Of a DNA stretch of 64,000 nt, positions 1 through 13,788 are shown one piece after another (position 1 is the first letter of the stretch; each line of letters opens with the position of its first letter). This DNA comes from Tubulanus polymorphus (Eukaryota; Animalia; Nemertea): contig NC_134036.1 of assembly GCF_964204645.1 (NCBI RefSeq), positions 11,449,859-11,513,858 on the forward strand. Reading direction: 5' to 3'. Under the pieces are notes generated by a model that was given only the letters and a program-made list of their open reading frames with translations, was not told where the DNA came from and made no database searches. A program made the position numbers and the translations under genes.

Positions 1-2326
1 CAAAGGAGACGACCGAACGTCAAATAGAAGCGGTGGCGCGGCGGACTCCGGTGTGTATCTAATATCACTTAGGTCTCAGTAAACGAGCGTCGAAGCTAAT
101 CAACGATTAAGATGTTAACGACGGAGCGTCAAGTAGTTAACGACGAGCGTTGTCGTTAATCAACGATAAGAATTATACGACGGAGCGTCAAATAGTTAAC
201 GACGAGCGTTGTCTTCAATCAACGATAAGAATTATACGACGGAGCGTCAAATAGTTAACGACGAGCGTGGTCGTTAATCAACGATATGAATTATACGACG
301 GAGCGTCAAATAGTTAACGACGAGCGTTGTCGTTAATCAACGATAAGAATTATACGACGGAGCGTCAAATAGTTAACGACGAGCGTTGTCTTCAATCAAC
401 GATATGAATTATACGACGGAGCGTCAAATAGTTAACGACGAGCGTTGTCGTTAATCAACGATAAGAATTATACGACGGAGCGTCAAGTAGTTAACGACGA
501 GCGTTGTCGTTAATCAACGATAAGAATTATACGACGGAGCGTCAAATAGTTAACGACGAGCGTTGTCTTCAATCAACGATAAGAATTATACGACGGAGCG
601 TCAAATAGTTAACGACGAGCGTGGTCATTAATCAACGATATGAATTATACGACGGAGCGTCAAATAGTTAACGACGAGCGTTGTCGTTAATCAACGATAA
701 GAATTATACGACGGAGCGTCAAATAGTTAACGACGAGCGTTGTCTTCAATCAACGATAAGAATTATACGACGGAGCGTCAAATAGTTAACGACGAGCGTG
801 GTCGTTAATCAACGATATGAATTATACGACGGAGCGTCAAATAGTTAACGACGAGCGTTGTCGTTAATCAACGATAAGAATTATACGACGGAGCGTCAAA
901 TAGTTAACGACGAGCGTTGTCTTCAATCAACGATAAGAATTATACGACGGAGCGTCAAATAGTTAACGACGAGCGTTGTCGTTAATCAACGACTGCGCGC
1001 CAAATTCAAAATGTCGGTGACGCGAACTCAAAGAGTCGAAATTCAGAGGCGACGTCAAGAAGATGAAACGACCGCGCGTTCGTTCGAAAAAGGAGTTACT
1101 GAATACAGGTGATTTTCATGGTCAGCAGAAACGACATCTCGGAGTAAAATTACGGAAATAGCACAGAAGATATAGGCCTACCATACTATTATTATTACTA
1201 TTACTAATTACAGCGACGAGAGCGTTAAGTCGGCATCGTCAGAGGATTGAATTTAAACAGACGATGAACTGACGGAGAATTTACAATATTTACAGGATTG
1301 TAAGTGACGAGTTTATCGGCAGCCCATGGCCGACGGCTACACGACCCCCGGGTGCGTCGGCACTCGGGACTCACTGAGGGAGGGATGTCAAAAACCACTG
1401 CAGCGATCCCGGGGTCAGACGACCCGGAGGCCCGTGTCTTAATTAGAGAGTAAAATTGTCTTCTTACATGATCTGTACGATTTACAGCGTCCGATTCGTA
1501 AAACGGCGAAGAGTCAGCAAGAAGAGTTTCTAATGTGGCTCTGCCAGAGCCAAGTTGCCAATGAGCGCGATTGCGCCAAATTTATAGTTTTCATGCGGTC
1601 AACGCACGCGGTGATTGGTCAAGCGTGACGAGCAGTGATACGATCCGCGGACAAAGTAGAGCACGCGAAATCATTCGACCGTGACGAATGATAAACCCTA
1701 AATAAAGACTTCATACGCAAGAAATAGAATTAAGTTCTATAATATTTTAAGATTAACGCGAAAAATGACGACTATAAGACCGATACGGAGATATTTACTA
1801 AAAAAATAAACCGGAGTTAACCGCACCACCGCGAAAACGCTCACACGGAAGTGAGGCGGCGCCAGCGAACGGCGTCGTAAAAACGAGCGTAAACACGAGC
1901 AGGGCTGGAGAATTCTCCGGCGACGAGACGGAACCAAAACGGCCCAAAATCAAAGAAGTTGGGTCTCGAATATAAAAAGGAGAACACACACTAATAGGTA
2001 GGTGGAGGATAAAAGAATGGCCTGGACAGGCGCCGAAAAATCGCTAATGTCACCGCGATGTGGCGTGGCCAACACCGCGGGGGCCTGCCCAGGTCGTGAA
2101 ATTGGAATCTGACAGGACTGCCAAAAATCTGTCAGATTGAAATTGAGCCGAAAAGATCCCGAAACATCGCCGCAGAACACCCAGCCCCGTCCCGGAATAC
2201 GTACATCTAAAAAGAAACAATGAGAAAAGAACGGCTTAAGGCCATTCCGAAATACATAATATAATTTCACCAAAGACCGACATTTTGTGGTCAAACCCAC
2301 CCCAGATATTGACAATTTTCGCCACA
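1..2326 (-). mobile_element. Probable 5' end of an LTR retrotransposon (LTR ~1583-2326, PBS 1568-1578, long leader containing the tandem array); body lies left of the window
   Basis: Minus strand starts TGTGGCG at 2326. TGGCGCAATCG (tRNA-Ser-like PBS) follows a few nt after the putative LTR end. The GC-richer leader with tandem repeats parallels the leader of the 29232-34807 element. The second LTR is not visible. Confidence 0.5.
100..992. repeat. 59-bp tandem repeat array (~15 copies) with 3-unit higher-order structure
   Basis: Unit ACGACGGAGCGTCAAATAGTTAACGACGAGCGTTGTCGTTAATCAACGATAAGAATTAT repeats head-to-tail with no spacers. Variants (GTCGTT / GTCTTC / GTGGTC..ATATG) mostly recur in A-B-C order. 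Confidence 0.95.
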
Positions 2327-2339
2327 GTTACTTAATATT

Positions 2340-2790
2340 CTGAAGTTTGATACTGTCTGAAATGCAAAGCATATTCTATTGCATTCTGGGGTGAAAGAAA
2401 ATTAACGACTTACCGACCACCAAAAATGCTACGCGTGTGGGGGTTACGGGTGAAGGTACTAGAGAGGGAGTGACCTCCAGAGACACGGAAGCAAGAAGCA
2501 GTGAGCATGGATATGAACCCTCGGAACGTATCCCGGTTGTATGTTATGAATCTGAATAAGTTTGAACATAATTGTTTTCGTGGTAATTGTTCAAAATACA
2601 CGAATGAAACATTACAACGGACTAGACAAGCAAGAATTTCCCTCGTGAAATGTGCAGCAAGGCTTCCATACAAAGAAGTCGCTAGGTTCACCATAGCAGG
2701 AGCCACAGTGGTGGACAGCCATTCGAGTGTACACTTCGCAAGAATAAATACGTGCGGTGAAGCACCTAACGGACAAACATTACACACATG
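2340..2790 (+). pseudogene. Degraded C2H2 zinc-finger array fragment
   Basis: A frame not shown in the ORF track reads FPREMCSKASIQRSR*VHHSRSHSGGQPFECTL (TGEKP-like linker). Further decayed fingers lie upstream (CYACG...DLQRH; RMKH). Multiple stops and frameshifts. Confidence 0.6.
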
Positions 2791-4941
2791 GTGCTTATGA
2801 TAATGCTAATGAAGAAAGAGCAAGTCATTGGACTTGTTATCGTAAATTCGAGCCAAGGGAATAGGTACATGATCGGGGGTAGAAGTGAACACGCTGCTGC
2901 ATGGACGAGCATTCGTCAGGCAGTTTTTTTTTTGTTTAAAACTACGGCGTGGAACAGCAACACCGGTAGAAATCATTCGTAGTGACTCTACGAGCTGAAA
3001 TGTTGCTGCCGTTCTACCGCAGATGGCGCAAACATATGGGCAAGGGAGGCTTTTCGTACGTTTTAGTTTTATATCGGACTTAACTGGGCGTAATTTTAGG
3101 AATTTACTTAATAAATTCAGTTACATCATTTAATCCCATTAAATGAAGGTTTGTTAACTCTGCTTTTTAAAAAGCATTGTATCCAGTTCCAGGTCCAAGC
3201 TTTTTTAACCTCTTAATGAGGGGGCAGCCTTCAGAACATACTTCAACTATTTCTCAGAACTGCTTTCATTCTGCATTCAGACAATGATTAAATATAAAGC
3301 TAGCAATCGACAAAGATAATTCCCTTTAACAGGAATAGATACAGCACACGAAATAAAAGGGGCACCTGGAAAGAATAAATGAACGCTCCCTTTTTCAAAT
3401 ATAATACACAGCATAGTGCACCGAAGCGTAATACAAAATACAGTAAATTAGACTTGAATGGCTCCGTAGAAACTAAGAAAGAGTTTATATAAAAAGGTCC
3501 CTCAAAAGAGAAAAGTGCAAACGAAAAACAGGAAAGATAACACAAAACCACGCTCAACGTCAACCCTCAAAACACACAATTGCACATATAATAAACAGTT
3601 AGATTAACATGTAATTCTATTTTTTCAATATAACTATAATTTGAGTTTTAATAAGAGGATGAATATATAATGTAATCAAGGGCAAAGTTTTTTTTTCTAT
3701 AATTTCTCAGAAACAATTTTGAATTTTCCAGAAATTGTTCTTCTTTGGCTATTGTGAGTAAGTGTGTGTAAATCTTGTCGTCACCGACTATTATGACTGT
3801 AGATTTGAAAATTTTGGCTTCAATCATTTTCGAATGATTTCGACAATTCAGAGTGGACGAATTAGTTGATAAAGTACCTCGTTTGGAGTTATCAATATCT
3901 TTGAGCTTGAGGAAATTAACTGTTTGAATACAGGGTCAGTGTACGTCAAATAATAGGAATTCGAAATGAACCTAATACCTCTTTTTGCAATTCAATTACT
4001 GGCTGTAGTTATAATACTGGAGGTAAGGATCGATAAGCGAAAAATAAAGTGTACGAAATGAGCTCGCTGGGAGCATATTTTTGAGTCTATTTATTATACC
4101 AATGTTTCGAGAAACTATTGTGTCGACTGATTTTATGAGATCGTCCCAGTTTAGATATCTGGATAAGAACTCTAACCAAATTTAGGACATTGACTTGTTC
4201 AATATTCTCAAGTTATTTTTCAATAATTAACTGGAAACCATAAATGACGTCTTCTATACATTAAATGGCAACTTGTTTGTTTGAAACCAGGTACAAATTT
4301 TGATAATTCAATATGTACAGTACATACTAATCCGTCTAAATTGTTGTAACTATAAAAAGGCACTTGCGTCAGCAGCAAACAATATAAGTTTTAACACACT
4401 AGAAAATTTAATTCAGTTATTACCGTATAACAAAAAAGCATGGGACCTACAATTGAGCCTTGGGGAACTCGGTTTTAACAGTTCCGAATGAAGATTTATA
4501 ATTTTTGAATTTGAGATAATTGTTTTCTAACCAGTTGTTCGAGAGACCTCTTGTTCCATACAGACATTATTTTCGTACAATGATATCGTGATCAACGGGG
4601 TCATTTGCTTTTGAAACACCTAGGAATTCCCTTATTAGTTGATTATTTTTTCTTTCTAAATTTCATGAAGTTTCGTCACTTATCACGGTTACGGCCATGG
4701 CAGTTGAATGGTTCTTTTGAAAAGCCAAACTGGTTTGGTTGCATACTATGAAACTGTGTAACAATATTCCGTTAATCGATTATATACGATATTTTCCAAA
4801 ATTCTGGAAAAGCAAGGCAGTACAGATATCGGTCTGTTATTATCAGAAGAGTCATTATTGCCTGCTTTGTAAAGTATACGTACCCGCACAAACTTCAGTT
4901 CACTTGATAATATACGTGCCTTCAAACTACAATTAAATATA

Positions 4942-5479
4942 CAGTCAACCCCGCATAAGTCGTAGCCCTCGGGACTGACGATTTTTCTACGACTTAGTTA
5001 CGAGTCATGTGTAAGTCGTATTTATATATCGCGGTTTTATGCGAATTCAGTGAATAATCCGTGAAAATACAATATATACTACGCTCGGATTCCAGCAGAG
5101 GTCGTATCACTGAGCTGACCTGACAGTGCAGATATATATTGCTGAAATCTCCTCTCAATCAAGCATCTAAAGCTGTCGAGTGCACCACGTAGACAACGTC
5201 ACAAGGAAGTTACATTGTAACTGTCTAAACACTTGACAATATTGCAGGGTATTTTCATCTGATACCGGCGTATCGGGCTACGACCTACGCGAGGTATTTT
5301 GAATGGAATTCGAAGATTTGGCCCCTAAAATTGATACGACTAACGTGAAAATACGACTTATAAGGTACGAGTAATAAGCATAATATTATATGGTACAAAG
5401 AAAAAATCGAGACCGAAATAGTTATACGAGAGATGTGATGACACGACTAATTCAAAGACGACTTATGCGGGGTTGACTG
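4942..5479. mobile_element. Tc1/mariner(pogo)-type MITE
   Basis: TIR CAGTCAACCCCGCATAAGTCGT / ACGACTTATGCGGGGTTGACTG, flanked by TA on both sides; non-coding. Confidence 0.9.
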
Positions 5480-5599
5480 TACGTACTATTTTTACAGGGA
5501 TCCCGTCAGCGCCAGCGTCTTTAATGGCTGAAAAATCATTTTCAATATGATTAATTCTATCAGAGCGAGTCGAGAAAATGTCTTCATTCACTGAGTATA

Positions 5600-7371
5600 A
5601 TGCACGTGAATGGAAATATAAGTCGTGAGAAAGCATGCATTGAATGACAGGACGTTGTCTCAAAATCACATTTCTGCATTACAAGGATTCTTAAGGTAAT
5701 ATGCATTTCATATGTCTAAAAGCCGTAGATATTTATAGCGGGCATGCTATATGCAAAGGAATAATAGACATGTATCATAAGGGTGATGAGGGCAGATTAT
5801 ATGTCATAGGGGTAATAGGACACTGCACAAAACAGAGCGATGGCCACAATAGAGAAGATCCAGGCAAGTAGACCAGTGAAAAATTGGATGATAATCATTG
5901 ACAGATGACACAAATAATCCACACATTTAACCACAAAATCCAACACCGCAGTAAACGACAATTCAGAATAATGTAGCCTGTAGAAATATATACGGGGAAT
6001 TAACACCAATAAATCGTTTCCAGAACGCTCCAAATTACTCGATTCCCTCGACGGGTCGGAATGGACACACGGACAACAAACAAAAAAAGCGATCGCAATA
6101 TGTCGCTGTACCTCCCCGTGAGTACACGATCGATGCGTATGCTACTACCGTATCCAACAAACGTGGAACGAGATTCGTACACGTTTAAGGCTGCCTGCAA
6201 TAGGTCTACTGATATTGTATCTGTGAACGGAACAGTAAATCCTAATCATCAAAAATAGATCAAACCGTTCAAACTGTCAACCTCCAGATCAACAGACAAG
6301 CGAAAAGTGAACGTACATCAGCCGAATGCAGTTAGATGTACTAGGGATCCGGTATTTTAAGTTAAGTCATTGTTTTTTAATGTCTCTTTCATCTATGTAT
6401 TTTGATATTATGTGCGTCACCATTCTGCAAGTTGGCAACGAAATACCACCTGGAACATCGACTTATCACGCAGGATTAGACACCGATCAGCATCAACTAT
6501 AGCTAGCTGAATTTCAATTCAATTTTTTAGCCCGCTGCATGCTTGAATGCACATCGCAATTCAATGATCATGTTTTGAATAGTTTTACAGTCTAGTGCCG
6601 GCTTACCTGAATTCATGCTGAATATCCGCAACGGTTCTATCAAAATGCACCAGACTTTTCTCCACGTTTCCTATACACGTGCTTGTGATGTTGTTCGATT
6701 TTTCGTGGCCAAGTCGGACAAAAATTGCCGAAAAGACCCAAATATCAGTTTTTTACATACATTCATTGATTTTTCTTTTGCAGGTGTCATCAAAGAACTG
6801 AACTACGCCTGCCGGTATATCGGGCAACCACTCACGCGAGAATGCGCGAGTGCCTGCGTAGAACTAGATTCATGTATTTACGCACTCAACATACGTTATG
6901 AACTTACTGCTGAACCGAACGTTTTTAGCAAATGGAAACAGGGACCTACCTTATTGGCTTTGAAATAGTGAGCCTAAACCCCGAACCTGACCAATGAACG
7001 TGGCTCCATGAGAAATTCACCGTCACAAGCCATGTGCACGCGAAACGATTTTGTTACGGCTGATTTTTTTGTTCTAGGTTATATACCAAAAATCGAGATT
7101 TAACGCACCGGTGAGCACTGAACAATAATTTTTTTTAGGAAAAAAATCGATCGACTTGTGGTACGGCCTCGAAAATGCGGAAAGACTCGGGAGAAGTTAT
7201 TTTCAGAATTCAAAGCCAAAAAGTATCCGTTGATATGGGGACTGATGTGCGCCAGACGGCTGCGCGCGGTCCAATCAGTCGGACCGATACGCACGCCACT
7301 TTTGGCAGAGGTGGTAACTTCACGAAGCAATTTCGAGCGATCGACGCATCAATTCCGCTCGAGACTGCCTT
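5600..7371 (+). repeat. Diverged third copy of the outer part of the large inverted-repeat sequence (homologous to ~13330-16146 and inverted 48414-51000)
   Basis: Shared blocks such as ACCACAAAATCCAA.ACCGCAGTAAACGACAAT, CGGGGAATTAACACCAATAAA, CAGGTGTCATCAAAGAACTGAACTA, TTATATACCAAAAATCGA and CCGCTCGAGAC. It lacks the MITE insertions seen in the other copies and ends near a TTAA-like site (Kolobok-like end). Confidence 0.85.
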
Positions 7372-7968
7372 GAAAACATCATATTCATAATTACGGTAGT
7401 ATGTGCTAAGTGCAAAATATATAACAAAAAGATTAACGAAACAGACGCCGAATAAATAACCAACTATGAAATAAAACGTAATACAATTTACTTTTAAATA
7501 ATTTACTTGCATGACACTTCTACTACACTCTGTTATTTTTATGGCTGCATATACACAATGAGACTAAAAGGTAAACTGTCTGTGGCGACCGATACTGACA
7601 GTCAGTTCAGTTAACGGTCACATTTGTATTTTCAACAAACCTATGGTTCGCTTTTGATAATCACCAGCTGATGATCTTTTAACGCTACTATTTTGTATTA
7701 TGTCTTCTTATCTATATGGTGCATTATGATTATCACAACATTTTGGGCATCGTTTTAAGTAACTCAAATAGGAGAATCTTACATTACGACAGTTTCTTGT
7801 TTGCACATTCACAAACTGTTTCAGTACTACGTACTACTCGGTTATCATAAAACTGCTCATCCAGCACTATTAGAACAATAGCATGGATCGAGTAATGTGT
7901 GTATAAATGTGAGTAATCAACAAACTGCCATCTCAGCTAGGCCTAAAAACTGTCAAAAACTTTGGTTA

Positions 7969-8926
7969 CAGGGGCGGATCCAGGGGGATAGGTGGACAGT
8001 ATTGGAAGGAAATTTAAGGGCACCTTTCTGATCTTAGGGCACACCCAGTATCCAGGTCAATGCGAGCGCCAAAGGCGCGAAGTCATTGGAGGGGGGTCTG
8101 GGGGCCCACCCCCATAAAATTTGGAAAATATGGTACCATTTAAAGGCTTTTAGAGACTAGCAGAGCAATCCAGAATAAACGAATCCGAGACAAGATTTCA
8201 ACAGATGCGGATAAAAAATGAAGCTGACGAACCCATGAAAGAATGGTTGTCACCAACCAAGATCAACAATGAATTTCACAGAAGACACCCATGAAAAACA
8301 CTGGCATTATTTTTTATATTTTCCCTAGTGCCCCTATAACCTTTAAATGTGCTCCTTAACAATTATACAGAATACGGCTAAGTGCCCCTTCATTTTTTAA
8401 CAATCGGCAAAAATTGCCTCGTCTTCACATTTATCCGTATGTCGTGTGCCGTATTCCAAACCAAAAGTGCCCCTAAAATTTTAAGAATTAGGCAAAAAGT
8501 GCCTTTTTCTTCAGCATTCACCGCGAATTAAAGCCTGAGCGTGCCCCTTGAAAAGGCAAAGTGCCCTTTTCTTCAACATTTTCCGCGTATAGTGCCCTCT
8601 TCTAAAGTACGAGTGCCCCTGTAGCCCTCCCTGAAAAGGCAAGGACAAGGTGCCCTCATCTAAAGCATGAGTGCCCCTTGAAAAAGGAAAGTGCCCTTTC
8701 TAATTTATCATGAATAAAGGCCTTATATCAAATATCATTATCTCTCCTCACTTTCTCGGCAGTAGTATTTACCGATTAATTTTATAATTATGCCCGGATT
8801 CCGGACACGGAATTAGCGGTTGCTGAAATAATGCCGTCAAAATATTGCCGGTGAAATTTCGAAGGGCACTTAAAAATTCTAGACCGTGTTGGGCAATACG
8901 GCTAATACGGTCTGGATCCGCCACTG
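7969..8926. mobile_element. Non-autonomous hAT-like element with 5-bp TSD
   Basis: Termini CAGGGGCGGATCCA / TGGATCCGCCACTG; GGTTA duplicated on both sides; many internal GTGCCC(C/T) motifs. Confidence 0.8.
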
Positions 8927-9249
8927 GGTTACTTTGGTTTTTTACCAATCACAGCCCACCTGTCACAAAGTTTTGGAGGGTGGAGCCAAGGGCTACTTAA
9001 GTCTCATGGAGATCCAAATCCAACATTCTGGATCTCTCTGAGACAAACATTAAAAACGATTATATGGATTTCTGTGATTATATTTAATTGGAGTTTCTTC
9101 ATCATTTTTAAGAGCTAGTTCCCATAACGATAAAGATAAGCGAAAAATCTATGTCGATAAATTGTGCTGTCCATGATTGGCCTCTCGTGAAAAATTTCTA
9201 TAGAAATGGGGCAGACTTTTTATTTAGATGGTCCCGAGATGTTATTTTT

Positions 9250-9338
9250 CACTCTCCCCCCCTCCCCAACACTCGCTCACTCACTCTCCCCCTCCCAAAC
9301 ACTCACTCACTCACTCACTCACTCACTCTATCACTCGC
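9250..9338. repeat. (CACT)n microsatellite / low complexity
   Basis: Direct reading. Confidence 0.85.
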
Positions 9339-10923
9339 TAAGTTTTCAATAGATTGACAACACTTATCTCGGAAAAAGTCTACTGCCAAACAAATTCTGA
9401 GGTAGGCAAGTTCTACTGTATTCCATTTTGAATAATGGAATTAAGTATGCCAGCAAATACGAGTCCCAAAATTTGGCAAATTTTAATCTGTTGTTGTGTT
9501 TAAATTTTTAGATTGATGGCAATGAGACCAAAATCAACAAAGGCTAGAATAAACCATTAACGCCATTAATTGCTGTTATGGGTAAGTGTAAACACCAGCA
9601 AACTACCGGTCAAAGTCCTTAAACCATAATTCCAGGTTAACCTAGATGCTATAGGATTCCCATTCAACACGGGGTTAAATTTGAATGAATATGTCTTCAA
9701 AATTGCTTCAAGATTTAGTTTTTCATTTTTTTCTTATGAGCAGCTTGATAACCCTCTAAACAAGTGTGCAATATTTTGTGCATAATGTATATGAAAGATC
9801 TAATATATGTTTTTATCTGATTTAACTAGTTAAACATCTTTTTATAGGGGATTCCACATTCGCAGCTGATACGTTCTGTATATTGTTATTTATGATGCAG
9901 TTTTTTCGAACATGATGATAAGTGATTACAATGATGCAGTTAAACTGCTATTCATCTGTTTCTTTGTGTTCAATATCGAGTATCCACAGGGACACTAGAC
10001 ACTGGATAAAGACACTGGAGTTTATTCTTCTTTCTATTATACATAGGGGACGGAGTCAAAATTGTGCCAACATTCCTATGTACTATAATGCTTACGAATG
10101 TGTACACAAACAGGTCAAACATCAGCAAAAATGTTCTTACAGAATGAATAAATGGAGGACACCCTTGGACAAAGTGTTATGTTTGAACGTGTTTGACCCA
10201 TCTAAAAAATGACAACGTTTTGATTAAATATTTCATTGAAAATTTGTAACATTTTGATCATCTCATTCTTTGATTTCCAGTCAGCTTTTCTTTGTTGCAA
10301 TCATCGAAAGTAAATTTACGAATGAAAAAAAAATATTAGGCGAAACCTGCATACACAAAGGCTTAGAATGTTGAACTGGCTATACATTTATTGGAATTCC
10401 ATACACTAATTGGCAACTGGGATTCAGTCGGAATATACATGTATCTGCAAATTTTCAATTCTTCTGTTCATCCAAATATGTATTTTTCAATTCCAGCCTT
10501 TGTGTATCGGCCTTTAAGATTTCAGGAACATCAGAACTGGTTTAAATCTTTAAGAATTTGATTCAAATCCATTAATTTAAGAAATTATGCAAAAATACTT
10601 GTTTCTTCTGTTAGTGGTTAGGGTGCATTACCGAGTCATGGGCCAGTTGTATATGCAAAAACAAAAAAGCATATACAGCATCAATGCAGATAAACTTGGC
10701 TACTCACGACATGTAACTCAAACCACAAATCATTAGTATTATGAAATATATAACGCATCGAGTGTACTGTCATTACACACTCAGTTTTTTGCGAATAATT
10801 ATTTTTCAAGGTTTTTTGAAAATCCTTTTAAGTTATGATTTCCTTTTGTTTTCTATTAGATGTTTCCTGTCTATTGATTCAGGGAGTCCATCGCCAAGGA
10901 TGGTGTCACTCTTACGTGAGCTG

Positions 10924-11123
10924 GCAGATTTCGAGGCCGACTGCATATGATCTGATGATGTGACATTATTAATTCGAGAAGTCCATCGACGCGCGTTGTG
11001 TTGCTTGTAGGCAAGCGGGCAGATTTCGAGACCGATTGGCTATCATCCGGTGACTTTACAATGTGTTAATTCGAGAAGTCAATCGACGCGAGTTGTGTTG
11101 CTTGTCGGCAAGCGGGCGGATTT
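10924..11123. repeat. ~100-bp tandem duplication (2+ copies)
   Basis: TTAATTCGAGAAGTC.ATCGACGCG.GTTGTGTTGCTTGT.GGCAAGCGGGC occurs twice; GGCAGATTTCGAG recurs. Confidence 0.8.
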
Positions 11124-12563
11124 GAGGAGTGAATGGGAAATAACCTGTTGATTTTGAAAATTAATTCAGGAATTCCATGGAATGTATTGGAAATAATCTA
11201 TCGACTCATGGTATAAAGACACTGAAGAAATATTTGTTTCTATTAGTACGCATCATTTCATTAGGCTTATTTTTATATATCATTTGTCTATTTTGACGGT
11301 TAGTTTAACCATGGACGTATAATCTAGTTTATACGTCCATGGTTTAACCCATCACTTTCGTATTTCTGCGTGTCGCACGCCTTCTTGGTATTTTGATTGG
11401 TAAAACTACATTTTACTTTTGAAATAATTTTGACAGTTTCCCCTGATTTGTTCTTGAATTTCATTGTTGAAAAGAATTTCATCTTTACAAATTATGTTTG
11501 AATATGACCAGAGGTTATGACTAAACTTGATATTTTAGAATTAAAAGTGGAAGAATGCTGTTTCATTTCCATAAACTGGTAGATTTTGAGATTGAATGGA
11601 AATAATCCGTTGACTTAGCAAATTAATTAATTAATTCCATCGGCGCGAGGTGTGTCACTTTTCTGCGAGTTAGTAGATTGAAAGTAGTTTGAAATGATAT
11701 TTTGAGTTGAAGTGTTTTGAGCATGGAAAACTGTCAAAATTAATTTACCTTTCATATTATCACGCCTACTGGGTACTTTGATGTGTAAAACTACTAACAG
11801 TAATTTTGACAGGTTTTTCATACAATATTACTTGATATCTAGTTGACTGAAGTGCAGTACCTTTTTTCTAAAATATTATTGTTGTAATAGTTTAAAAATG
11901 TTTGTTCTTCTTAGGCTGTGCTGAATCACGAAAGAGATTAGATTTATCTTAAGCTTTAATATTGGATGTTTTTGTGCCATACCAGTACTTAGCAGTTCGT
12001 ACTTCGTCTTAATATATGTAATTTACATGTAAAAGTTTCACATGGGAGTTCAAGTTTAGACCGTTGTGTTGAGAGTTTTGTATTCGATTTTAGTTGTAAA
12101 TATATAACTATTTCACTTGTCTGGCTTTATTATGAATTTTCTCATATTTCACTGCCTAAGCTCAAATTGATATAGCTCATCAATTGTTTCGGTAAACAGC
12201 TTTGGCCCTTTTATGGGATATGCCTAGTTGCATGTTTTTGATATCCAAGCTCTGTTTAAAAAAAAAATCTGATGTCATAGAATATTGAGACATGCACAAT
12301 TTCAGCTCCTTCCCTTTTCTATTTTTTTGAGAAAATTTAAATTCACTTCAGACTTGGGCATATGAAATATAGAGTAATCGGATACCTGAAAGAAGTCGGT
12401 TTGTTTTGCAATCAATGTAATTGTATCTTGATTATAGGTTTATAATGGGGAGTCATGATTTTTTTGGCCCAATAAAATCATTTGTTGATGTTTTGATACT
12501 TAAATATTATTATTGTTATTTTGCACTGATTTGTGGTAACTCTTAGAGGTTTCATTGGATTTA

Positions 12564-12968
12564 CACTAAAATAATTGGGTACATTTACCAGTTCTTTAAA
12601 TTGGTAGTAGAACCATGACAATTGGTTTTACACCATATTATTTGTATTTAGCATTGTCTATAAAGAAGTAAATTAACTATATGATAATGTAAATTTACTC
12701 GCTCTATGTATGTAAATTCGCTTATCATTGGTGTTTAAGATTGACAATTAAGCCAGTTAATTTATTATATAGGTAATGTAAAATTACCAGTTAATTTATT
12801 ATATAGGTAATGTAAAATTACTTACTGTATGTTAATTAACTATCATTGGTGTTTAAGAATAACTATTAAGTCAGTAAATTTACTATATGTCGTAATTTTA
12901 CTACACCTGTGGGTCAAATTTCCTGCCAATTTTTTTTTGGTTAATTTACCAATTTATTTTTAACAGTG
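12564..12968. mobile_element. CACTA/EnSpm-like MITE
   Basis: CACT...AGTG ends flanked by TA; internal GTAAATTTAC-type subrepeats. Confidence 0.5.
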
Positions 12969-13788
12969 TACTTCAGTCACAATGTTTGTATCAACAGCTC
13001 GATAATTTTACTACATTAGTGATGCGTCATCGCGCACTGATAAGCTGATGATATATTCATTCCATTATTAGTACATCAGTAGTTTGCATGGTGGCCTCCA
13101 GATGGAGGGAGTGGACGGCTGCTGTAGAGTGAGCACATGGTCCGAGTCACCTCTAAGGTGTTCACGGGTGTATTTACACGGATTTCTACTCATTGAAGGT
13201 AAGATATCATATGATTGTGATACTAATGATTGTTATTGGTTCTAAGTCCCGAAAATTACCACTACGGCAAGATGTTAACTGTCCTTTAACAGAAAAAAAA
13301 ATACAGCACACGAAAAGTAAGCGGCGCTTTGAATGGAAAAATATGTCATGTGTAAGTAAACCTTTAATGACGGGACGATGTCTCAAAAGCACATTTCCGC
13401 ATAACAGGGATTATTCAGGCAATATCCATCTCACATATCTAGAAGCAGTACATATTTATAGCAAGCATGCTATGTGCAAAAAGATATCACGAGGGTGATG
13501 CAGCTACTTATATATCATCGGGGTAATATGACATGATACAGAACATACCGATGGCCACAGCAGACAAGTTCCAGGAAAGCAGATTAGTAAAAAGTTGGAT
13601 GATAAACATTGATAAAGGACACAATATCACAAGTGTAACCACAAAATCCAATACCGCAGTAAACGACAATGCAGAGTATGTAACCTGCAGAACTTATATA
13701 CGGGGAATTAACACCAATAAAACATTTCCAGAACACTCCAAATTACTCGATTCTCTCGACGTATCGTAGTGAGACACACGGACAACTA

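Noticed and set aside
100-992. CRISPR array
   Set aside because: Units are contiguous with no unique spacers, there are no cas genes, and the context is eukaryotic.
2501-2800. 99-aa ORF as a functional gene
   Set aside because: It is an alternative frame over a degraded zinc-finger sequence.
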